From NCBI GenBank assembly GCA_951406725.2, contig OX597818.1, forward strand, positions 83,080,001 through 83,144,000: DNA of 64,000 bases, given 5' to 3'. The notes under the pieces were generated by a model. It saw only the letters and a list, made by a program, of their open reading frames with translations, was not told the origin of the DNA and searched no databases. Source of the DNA: Octopus vulgaris. Lineage: Eukaryota. This document shows, piece by piece, positions 52,800 through 64,000 of this stretch (the stretch's first letter is position 1; each line of letters begins with the position of its first letter). Both the position numbers and the translations under genes were made by a program.

Positions 52800-52880
52800 T
52801 TTTGATGAAATGCACTTACAGATCCTATGCTGACGTTCCCAACAACCACAACTACGAAACGTACGTAGAGAACAAATCAA
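52800..52880 (+). repeat. Short repeat with decayed hammerhead-like core; copies at 54232-54308 (+) and 54077-54120 (-)
   Basis: aaatgcacttacagatcctatgctgac...aacaaccacaactacgaaacgtacgtagagaacaaat. Confidence 0.65.
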
Positions 52881-53097
52881 ATTATTTCATTATATTCTTC
52901 CGTATTGAGTTACTACGAGTTCTTCTAGTTGTCCGCTAGAGGTGCGTTCCATGATAGCCACATGACACTATGAATCCAAATTTTACACTAGGCTACACAT
53001 ACACAGAAGCACGCGGGCATATACACATACATATACATTATAAGTGTCGATCACTGCATGCATTGAGTTCTTTGTTGAAATTAGCAGACTGACGTTC

Positions 53098-53219
<122 letters not shown>

Positions 53220-53854
53220 GTCACAACAGACAGAATCATATATATCTATAAATATTCTAACAAGAATAAATTTTCTTACAAGATGGCATATGAAGGATTA
53301 ATTACGGAAAATATATAAGACAGAAAAAATATAACGGTAATGAAGTAGAAAAAAATTAAGATAATTATTGTAGATAAGGACTATACGACTATAAATTTCA
53401 AAGAAGAATTAGTTGTTTAATGATCGTCAAATAGATAGTCTTACGAATGAAGCTACTTGCGTATATTTCCATATATATGTGTGTGTGTGTGTATGTGTGC
53501 GTGTGTATGTGCGTGCATGTGTTTGTGTGTGTTTATACACATGCATTTATATGGAAGTGTATTATTGTGAATGTATAATAGTTCTATATATATATATATA
53601 TAGATATATATATACATGCGTTTGTATAAAAATGTACTTTCGTGTATATGTGTGTGTGTGTGTGTGTGAGAGAGAGTGATGTATATGTGTGTGTATGTGT
53701 ATGTGCATGCGTGTGTATGTATGCATGACTTATGTGTTTATGTGTATGTATAACTATGGTCGAAAGGTTTTTCTTAAATATATGAGTATATATTTGAGTG
53801 AGTGTATTTATCCATACATACAATAATATTCTTTAGTATGTTAATATATATATA

Positions 53855-53857
53855 TAG

Positions 53858-53940
<83 letters not shown>

Positions 53941-53953
53941 GAGATAGAGAGAG
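53855..53953. repeat. (GATA)n microsatellite
   Basis: Direct observation. Confidence 0.95.
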
Positions 53954-56499
53954 ATTGAGAAATTGTCATCATTCAGTCTTCCAGTCTTCTTCAATTATAG
54001 TGATGTGGTTACTAATTATACTAGTAAACGCATACAGGGCAAATGTAGGAGAATTTAGGATTAATAGTAGTTTATATGATTTGTTTCTACGTACGTTTAT
54101 GCGTTGTCGTTGTCTGGAACCCTATGTTCAAATTACACTCGGATGACTAAATATAATTGGACGCTTGAACACAACTGAGCGTTAGGGGAATACTTCATTG
54201 AATTATGTCACAGATAACAATTGCATTTCGATAAAATGCACTTACAAATCCTATGCTGACAGTCTAAACAACCACAACTGCAAAACTTACGTAGAGAACA
54301 AATGAAAATAACCTATGTTTATTGTAATTTCTTTTCCGCGGGCAATTACTAATCTCAATACTTCATTAGAACTTTATTTCAACGAATCCGAATGAATGAA
54401 TCGCAAAGCTGATATTCGTCAGCATTTGAAAGTAAAATCTAAATAAATGCTTATCTACTTTTTGTAAAGGAAGCCTCTTAATCACTATAACCAGTAAACT
54501 CCATAATGTCGATTTCTTAGTTACCTCCTTAGAGTTAAACTTGGGCTCTTATAAAGCCTTTCATAAATCTATTGAAAAACTTTCGTTTAGACATGAACAT
54601 TCTTGTCACCATCCCCATAGAATGTTCAAAAACTTTTAGACATCAGCAATAAGATATCTAATCACTCTTCTAAGGAAATAATCAATAATGTAATTTCCTA
54701 TTATAAATTTGGCTAACTGACGTCAATGAAAAGATAACTTATAACCCTCTAAGTACAAAATTTAAAATTTGTACGATATATGGATTGACATTTTTACAGT
54801 AAAAGTTAAGGCTAACGTTATTAGAAGCGCCGTTTCCTTAATAGATAATCGTTATTCAGATAACCGTAGATGGAAAATTAATAGACGTTCTGTGGAAGTT
54901 TCATTTGGCTGCTGCACCGCCAGGAGAAATATCACTCGTAGGTCGCACTAGGCGTCCACTCCAAATTGGAACTGTTTTGACTCAGAAGTTACCTACTCAA
55001 CCAGGTACACATGTTTAGCTGAATGGTTTCTTAATCTGAAGTTACCTTAGTGCTCCAAATAATAAACTTCAAAAGAAAAACTGCACTGCTAAATGCGAAA
55101 TAAAAAAAAAAAACGTTAAGCTAACGTCTCATCTTCTCTCCGACAGGTGGATAAGAATACAGTAAGGAAGTTAGCTCACCATATCTAAGACCGGAAGGCC
55201 AGCTGCATACGTGGAACGAGCTATGCCATACGTTAATGGAACATATTAATCAAGTCTTTGTTTCATCGATACCTCTGAAAACATTTTTAGGTATAAAAAC
55301 TCTACTGACCTATTAAATTCTAGACCTGATGTTTTCATTAAATGTATAAGTTCCTTTTATTGAACTGGAACCACATATTTTGGATCAAACACACACACGC
55401 ACCACACACACACACATATATATATTCTATTTTGGAATGATGAGACTCGTATCTAATAAAGATATAAATGATAGCGAATAAATATTGAGTTATGAATCCC
55501 TTTCTGCAGAAATATGTCTAGGGTTACTCTGGAGTTTTTTTATCTTTTAGGCCATCTCAGTTTGAAAGAATATTTGATCCTTGAGATTATGTTCCATTTG
55601 TAATGTGTTGTTTGGTCCAACTGCCACCAAACTCTTGTTCTATCATCTCTGGAGGCCGATTAAGCGAAAAGTACCGGAGCTGCTGTATCCACCAATAATT
55701 TCAGGCTGAACTGATTGTAAGTTACATAAGAAATAGTTTGTAGGTTGCAGAAATTAAAATAATAGTAGATAATTATGTCTGGGTGTACAAAATTGAGATA
55801 GAGAATACTGAGTAAAATTTGATAAGCGGATGAAAATGTTCGGGAGCGTGATGGATGAATCTATTTTAATTCAAAACCAAGATTTCTCAAACTACATCAC
55901 TATTTATAAGAGAATGGAACAAAGCAAAAAATTAAGAAGTTCGACGATTTAATGCTGTATAGTAAACACAGTTTTATCCTCGTTGGATGGAGTCTTAGCC
56001 CGCTCCAGTTAAAATATTCCCAATCAGGGATGAAACTAATAGGGGCTGTTTCATTAGAAATTCCTGTTCCAACATTATATGCAACAACGTACACACACAC
56101 ATACACAGATAACTATATATACACATACATATACACACACATACATATACACACACAAGTAATATAGACACACACACTCACACACCCACACACGCACATA
56201 CACACATGGTGACTACTCCACCTTCAGAGATGATTGCGGTCTCATTTTACTTCTTTGTTTTCAATGGCATTTCTTACTTTCCACCCATGACCTCTGAGTT
56301 GAGTACGCTGTCTGATTGGATTGTTCTGCACCCTCTACCACTCTTCCATTACCATAGGATTTTCCGAAGATGAAATGACAAATGGAGTCGTCCTCAAGTG
56401 AGATTTGTACATCATTGGATTATTGTGATAACCGCTTGTACTACACGAGAACTCTCTGAGATTCTGTGACTAGCTACCTAGTGACAGGGCTAAGTATGT

Positions 56500-56735
56500 A
56501 GTAAAGTCCTCTCCCGAGTCATGTAGATCATAGTGCTGCTTTCCCGGTTTCCATAACGTACATAGTCCCCACCTGGATGGGACGCTAGTCCGACGCAGGA
56601 ATACTCATTTTTCCAACTGACCGAAGTGAAGCAACATGAAAAAAAAGTTTTTTGCTCAAGAACACAGCGTGACACCTGGTTCAGGAATCGAAACCACAAT
56701 CTTACGATAATGAGTCCAACCCATATGCCACGCAT
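56500..56735 (-). mobile_element. SINE family C, degraded
   Basis: tttcccggtttccat...cccacctggatgggacgc shared with 46145-46190. Confidence 0.65.
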
Positions 56736-57498
56736 CGGCTAAAGAAATGCTTAACCATTGCGTGATGCCGTAGGTTTTATTGAAGTATGTCTCACTTCTA
56801 GAAGGACGCAGTGACAACACCTTGGTGATGCTGATTACCGGAGGTTTGACTACATGCCCTCACACCAAACGAAAGTATTTCTCCGTCCCTGTGCTTTAAG
56901 TAATTGTCACCATATATGCGACTTAAACTATAGCTGGAATTATGACAGGTACTACTACTCCGAGTGAGAGTAGACCTCGAAACAACAGTGACTAAGAGGT
57001 GGTCCAAAACTCTTCAGAACCCTGGAAATTCAGGACAGAGCCTCGCTATATTAGATATCAAATATAGTTTAGTAGAACTAAACACAAAACTCTCTACATA
57101 CTAACCTCACATACTCATACTCAGAATCGCATACACAGCATATCTGTGAGTGTATGCTTACGTATAGATTTTTATATATGAATGAATACTTTTATATATG
57201 AATGTATACTTACACATGTAGGCATATAGAGGGTGCAGCAGAAAATTCTCCCATATCTTCCCGACCCTTAATATAGCGTTAGAGAACTTTAACAGATGGT
57301 AATGGTGCGTTCATGTAACTAATGTTTAATTGTTTTCAGTTACTCTCATGATCGTCGCTTCGACCTATGAACACAGTGTGTTTTGTATTGAAACACTCAG
57401 CAAGACTGGTAAATCAGAAGTATTAGAACGCATCCAGAAAATGCGTATTTATATGTGTTTGAGGTGTATGTGTTTGTGACAATGTATATATGTAAGTA

Positions 57499-57560
<62 letters not shown>

Positions 57561-57960
57561 TACATACATACATACACTCACACATGTAGTAGTACGCACA
57601 CACAAACGTGTGTGTGTGCGTATTTGTGCATGTGTGTTTGATTGACTGTGTTTGAGAGTCTGTCTCTGTTGTGCAAACTACTATCTGTTACTGATCACAA
57701 AGCTGAAGAAAGAAAAAAAAACCTACATTCTAATTATGAACTATAAAACTGATTTACGTCCCGCCCCTTGCGACAGTATAAATACAGTGTTCACATATAC
57801 AAATAATTATATTTATAAATAACATTTGTGAGTGCACACATACCCATATATACATATATACATATATGTATATAAATATGTGTGTGTACGGATATATACA
57901 TACATGCATATATTAGAAGGTTTCATATATATACATACATGCATATATTAGAAGGTTTGC

Positions 57961-58017
<57 letters not shown>

Positions 58018-58805
58018 TATATATACAGAGTGGGAAAGACTGAGAAGGAAAGAGAAAATGAGACATAAGGCAGGCAGTCAGACAGACAAACAGACAAGAC
58101 ACACATTGTATTTTCTGTTGTGAACGAATGAAAAAGTTCTCAAGATCCACAGTAGTGTTATAAATTGTTATTCTAACTTCTTATTGTTTATTAAATATTA
58201 GACATTAAATATACTTTCGCAGATTTAATCACACATCTCTACAAACCACACTGGCATACGCATGCTCACAAATACGTACACAACATACTTTTGTTTGTTT
58301 TGTCGTGTATGATTATGCAATTCTATATGTGCATATGTGTGTACTTACCTATATATAATATTATTTCCGTGTCTATCAATGAATAGGATTTCTTGTTATT
58401 TATAAGAGAATGTATTTACATGTTTATGAATATGAATGCAAAATCACACACATAAAAATAGTAACACGTGCGCACAATGCCATCCATCTAGCTGGATGGG
58501 TGTCTCCTAATATCCATATTTCTATGTTTATCTGATATGAATTCTTATGTTAAAAGGTGATGTATTATTTACAACTTAGATCTGAAATGCATTGATAAAC
58601 TGCGATAGTTATACCGTTAAGTAATTACTTTTTTTTTATATTCCATGATAACAAATACATCTGAAATATCTTACATTTTGTTTATTATACGTATATCCTC
58701 GTTTATCACGTAGGTTTGGTTACAAAAAATGATAGTGATATATGAGCCAGATATAGACGAAACATTTACACTCATTTTGGAATCGGAACGAATGGTAGAT
58801 TATAT

Positions 58806-59388
58806 GTTTCAAATTTCGGCACAGGGCCAGCAATTTCGGTATAGGTGGTAAGTCGATTGCATCGATCCCAGTACACAACCCGTACTTATTTTATCGTTCC
58901 TGAAAAGATGAGAGACGAAGTAGACCTTCGCGGAATTTACACTCAGTACGTTAAGACGAACTACCCACAAGGGGCTAAACACAGAGAGACCAAACAAGGA
59001 CAGACAAACGGATTAAGTCGATTATATCGACTCCAGTGCGTAACTGGTATTTATTTAATCGAATCCAAAAGAATGAAAAAGAATCCAAAAGAATGAAAAG
59101 TAAAGACGACCTCGGCTGAATTTGAACTCAGAACGTAGCGGGAGACGAAATACCTATTTCTTTATTACCCACAAGGGCTAAACACAGAGAGGACAACACA
59201 AGGACAGACAAACGGATTAAGTCGATTATATCGACCCCAGTGTGTAACTGGTACTTATTTAATCGACCCCGAAAGGATGAAAGGCAAAGTCGACCTCGGC
59301 GGAATTTGAACTCAGAACGTAGCGGGGGACGAAATACCGCTAAGCATTTCACCCGGTGTGAATTCAATTCTGCCAGCTCACCACCTTA
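58806..59388 (-). mobile_element. Tandem multimer of SINE family A
   Basis: Three units; junctions at gacgaaatacctatttctttattacccacaaggg. Confidence 0.9.
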
Positions 59389-60545
59389 AATAGTAATGGT
59401 CATATCGGATTCAAATTTTGGCCTAAGGCCAGCAATTTCGTGGGTGGGATTAGTCGATTACATCAACCCCAGCTCTCAGCTGGTACTTAATGGGATGTCC
59501 GGAAAGTTCATGCCGATTTTGAAAGGAAAGAAGAAGGTCAATAAATACTTACCATTATATTTTTAATCAACCAAATATGAACCATTTTGTTGCACAATGC
59601 ATCTACTTCTTTCCTTTAACTTGAAAATACCCTCTTCCCTGAATTGAGGCGGTTTCATGGCAAGAATTCATCAAGGCATCTTTTTATGTCATCCAAGGAA
59701 TTGGAACTTTTACCAAAGTGTTACAGAATTAACACAGGTTATAGGAACATAAACCTTCTTCCACGAAAAGATAGCTTAAACGGTGCTCTAAATGGAGGTG
59801 TAGTTAAATCTTATTTTATCGACTCCAGTGCGTAACTGGTACTTATTTAATCGAATCCAAAAGAATGAAAAGTAAAGACGACCTCAGCTGAATTTGAACT
59901 CAGAACGTAGTGGGGGACGAAATACCGCTAAGCATTTCACCCGGTGTGAATACAATTCTGCCAGCTCACCACCTTAAATAGTAATGGTCATATTGGATTC
60001 AAATTTTGGCCTTAGGCCAGCAATTTCGTGGGTGGGATTAGTCGATAACATCAACCCCAGCACTCAGCTGGTACTTAATGGGATGTCCAGAAAGTTCATG
60101 CCGATTTTGAAAGGAAAGAAGAAGGTCAATAAATACTTACCATTATATTTTTAATCAACCAAATATGAACCATTTTGTTGCACAATGCATCTACTTCTTT
60201 CCTTTAACTTGAAAATACCCTCTTCCCAGAATTGAGGCGGTTTCATGGCAAGAATTCATCAAGGCATCTTTTTATGTCATCCAAGGAATTGAAACTTTTA
60301 CCATTAAGACTATTCTGCAGAGACCTGAATAAGTGGAAATCCGAAGGAGCAATATCTGGTGAATATGCAGCCGAGCTGCAGCAATTTTTTTCTGGTTCCT
60401 AAAGCATCAAGTGCCGAAAATGAACTTTCTTATCTTCCATTTTAAAGGGTTACAGAATTAACACAGGTTATAGGAACATAAACCTTCTTCCACGAAAAGA
60501 TAGCTTAAACTGTGCTCTAAATGGAGGTGTAGTTAAATCTTATTT
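59025..60545. repeat. Local tandem duplication (59025-59816 / 59817-60545)
   Basis: Near-identical SINE A + spacer + mariner sequence twice, each copy with private indels. Confidence 0.9.
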
Positions 60546-60622
60546 TATGGACTCAACCATGTTCTAAAATAAGTCGAATGGTAAGTTACTATAAATCGGC
60601 ACGGACTTTCCGGAAAACCCTA
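60079..60622 (-). mobile_element. Internally deleted mariner inserted into a SINE A copy
   Basis: TIRs ggatgtccagaaagttcatgccgattt / aaatcggcacggactttccggaaaacc; minus translation YSPDIAPSDFHLFRSLQNSLNGKSFNSLDDIK...FWEEGIFKL...QQNGSYLVD*. Confidence 0.9.
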
Positions 60623-60904
60623 TAATTCATCAACCCCTAAAGAATAAAAGGTAAAGTCAACCACGACTGAATTTGAATTCAGAACGCAGGCATGCCGCTA
60701 AGCCGCCTTAAATGGTAGATATATTGACATCAAACCCGCTGGTCATATTAGTGAAGCTTCCTCTGTCACGTATTTTCTTGACCATTTCTGTCTTTCTCTG
60801 CTGACAATAACTCATCTGCATCGTTTGTTAGGTATAGACATACGCAGCCTTGCACCATTATCATGTAAACCCAAGTGACAGTCAATGCATTCCTTTTCGT
60901 TACT

Positions 60905-61182
60905 AATTTATCGACCCCGAAAGGATGAAAGGCAAAGTCGACCTCGGCGGAATTTGAACTCAGAACGTAACGGCAGACGAAATACGGCTACGCATTTCGC
61001 CCGGCGTGCTAACGGTTCTGCCAGCTCGCCGCCTTATGTCAATGCATTCTCGGTATCAAATCGTTCTGGATGGTCGGTAGTTCGAGCCGGCGGAATTTGA
61101 ACTGAGAACGTAAAGACGGACGAAATGTCGCTAAGCATTTTGCTCAAAAGGCTAAACTTCCCCCCCCCCAGTTCGCCGCCTT
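60905..61182 (-). mobile_element. Two SINE family A 5' portions
   Basis: cgaccccgaaaggatgaaaggcaaagtcgacctcggcgg...ctgccagctcgccgcctt. Confidence 0.85.
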
Positions 61183-62199
61183 GTTATTCGTATACATCAG
61201 CCACGATAGCTGTGAGCAGTGAACTCTGGCAATATGCAGTATATGAATATATTCAGATGTTCTTTTTTGTTGTCGCTGACAATTGCGGTACTTAAAATGT
61301 GCAGAATAAGCAGCATCTGCGAAATTTTACTGGTGGCGCCATGACTGGGTGGCATAAAATCGGAGAAGAAAAACACTGAAATTAATATGCTACTCTATTT
61401 GGGAATAACATATCAGAATAGGGTGTTATGAACCGATTGCAAACTATCCTCTACTATTTCTCGATTACATTTAATGCATTGCATGAGTGAAACGTTTATG
61501 CTTTATGAAGAAATCATTGAATAAAAGAAGAATCGTTAGGGCGTTAGATAAAATACCTTGCCGTATTTATTTTATTCATAAAATAAGTACCATTTGAACA
61601 GTGAGGTCGATGTGATCGAGTTACAGCTTGTAAATTGCTGGTCTGCGCCAGAAATAATAAAAAAAAAAATTATTTTGTTCAGCTGTGATTGTGGTTGAAT
61701 TTTTCGTATGTGTAAAGTGAATTCCGTTATGTGATGCATGATGCACATTTTGTGCTTCCAGGGTATGTTATTTTAATCGATTGTAATTGTATAGAATCGT
61801 AATCGTGTGAATTGAAGTTAAAATATCGAGTGTCGATTATGTAATACTATGTATTATGATGGTATTTCTGTTTAGTGTCTGAGCAGTCTTCATCGAACAG
61901 ACTTAATATCGAGGGCGTTCCAGCGTCGACAATCAATCTTACCGCTTTAATGTCTCTCAGAGACTATATTTTCAATCGAATTCTTCTGTATGCTGATGAG
62001 TGATCTGAAGGAGATCTAACTGCTATTTCTTGCATATTCAAGAACCATATACATGGTTGGCTTGTGCTGGTTTGTGGTATATGTACCTTTACCTTTTGTG
62101 TGAATTGTCTTATTTTATTGGGAGATCATCGTAGGGATAGTTACTGTTTGTTGTACGAAGAATATATTGTGTAAGTTGTACTTTCGGATTGAAAATACC

Positions 62200-62930
62200 T
62201 TGCATAGGATATGGTTTGCAGCTACCCGGTGTATATTTAGCACTATGAGCAAACCTGGAGGTTCTGGTATGATTTTATTTATATTTATCCTTATCATTAC
62301 TTGTACTGCAATTTTTAACGATCCTGCCTTCATCTTCATACACAATGGCCTTCTTTTAATTTCCACATGATTGTATTTTGGACACTTCATCGATATCCTC
62401 TAGCCAATAGTTAGGTTGGATGAAGTCGTGATATTTTGAAAGTACAGTCATTTCGTTCCCAAATGGGGTTGAATTTTCATGGTCTCTCAAAGAACATTGA
62501 AAATAACGCGCACCAATGCAATTATCGATATATTTTAATCCACTTTAATGGTATCCAAACCATCTGTCGCTATTTTGCAGTGGTATATATATGATTCCGA
62601 CACAATGGTGTAAGTGAATTTTCCCGGGTAAATCAAGGAATAGGAAGCCCCAAATGAGAGGAACAATTTGTCAACTTGTAATAATTCAACAGTCACACTT
62701 GATATTAACGCCTGATTCACATTATTTTGCTCTTAAAGAAATTGTATATACTCGTGGATAAACCACATTCGTATATAAGTCGCACTCCAATTTAGTGTTA
62801 AGTCTTAGCACAAATTTTCTCCTATCAAATTCAAACGTGATATCAGCGTTGCCCCGACTTTAAGTTGCACCAACTTTTTTCAGACGAAATCAAATATAAC
62901 AATGCGCAACTTATATACGAGTGAATACAA
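62200..62930 (-). mobile_element. Possible very old pogo/Tigger-type DNA transposon remnant
   Basis: Minus DIDEV and MIRININKIIPEPPGLLIVLNIHR loosely resemble DDE_1 motifs; cgtatataagtcgcac / gcgcaacttatatacg inverted motifs at 62745-62925. Confidence 0.3.
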
Positions 62931-63500
62931 TAATTGCTCTTTTTATTAGATTTACTACGTTAAAATTTTTAATTTCATAATATTTCTATTTTTATATCGT
63001 TATGATTATTATTATTATTACGATTATTGTTCTCGTTATGAATGTTTGCTCTTTCCTAATCAAATAGTCTTATGCTCAAATGCACCGAAGCTATGGTAAC
63101 ACAGCACAATTTTCAGGAATATTAAACCTACAAATACACATTATGCACCAAACTGTCTATTTTTATGATCATACGTTGAGATCAAAGGTCATTTTGCTGC
63201 TATTTCTAGTACGGCCAGCGACTCTATTGATTATCCGTAAAGTCTCACCTCGTTGGTTCATTAATGTTATTATTGTAATCGTAGCCGAAATTGTTAGTGT
63301 TATTATTGTTGTTGTATGTCTATATTCACAACACATTGTATGGTAGGAAAATATATTACCATTATCTTCGCTCTTGTATTTTCAAGTGTTACACTGTGCA
63401 TAGATGTACATATACATACATATACAAAGGCATAAGCCATATATATATATATGTATAATATACATGAAAATAGATGTACATATACACACACGCATGTATG

Positions 63501-63542
<42 letters not shown>

Positions 63543-63748
63543 TATATACCTGTAAGTATGTATGTATGTATGTATCACTTTAAATTGCTTTAAAATGTTC
63601 GAATCAATATTGTAACGTGGGCTTTAAACATACTTCGCAGTGAATACAATGGCAATAAATTTTATTCAATTCAATTCAATTGATCAAGAAAATGGAGTAA
63701 ATGTGTAAATTTCGATGTTGGTATTATTCAAAGAATAGCAAAAGAAAG

Positions 63749-63754
<6 letters not shown>

Positions 63755-63812
<58 letters not shown>
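63755..63812. repeat. (GA)n microsatellite
   Basis: Direct observation. Confidence 0.95.
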
Positions 63813-63815
<3 letters not shown>

Positions 63816-64000
63816 CCAACAGAATGTAAAAGTAATGTAGAAACAGTAAGATTGAGTGTGAAAGTGTGCCTCTCTGTGTGTGTGTGTGTGTGTGTATGCA
63901 TTTATGTGTTGGTGAACGGTTACATTTGTGTAGGTACATGCGTATAATTTACATATACATGTATGAATATATAAATGTATGTATTTACTCATATATCTAC

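Noticed and set aside
55125-55170. Possible micro-exon (pyrimidine tract-cag...gtaagg)
   Set aside because: Splice-like motifs alone are expected by chance in 64 kb; no other support

Overview
AT-rich, microsatellite-saturated non-coding animal DNA. The repeat repertoire suggests an octopod cephalopod (Octopus), which is an inference from recalled SINE families. I found no credible host exon, tRNA or rRNA gene; nearly all listed ORFs are microsatellite translation artefacts. The window is a dense mobile-element graveyard: three tRNA-derived SINE families, a young 5'-truncated Tx1-clade LINE inside a (TATC)n array, R4/Dong-like pieces and a non-autonomous element in (TAA)n arrays, a Penelope RT remnant, mariner remnants and MITEs, and a non-autonomous Helitron. 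Three things stand out. (1) A tRNA-headed element carrying a hammerhead-ribozyme motif is inserted twice as head-to-head inverted pairs, and several other hammerhead-like families are present. (2) One 3' tail of the abundant SINE family A matches the Tx1 3' end, including a stem-loop and AATAAA, suggesting a Tx1-driven SINE. (3) Different retroelements sit in different microsatellites. All alignments were made by eye, and repeat-edge coordinates are approximate.
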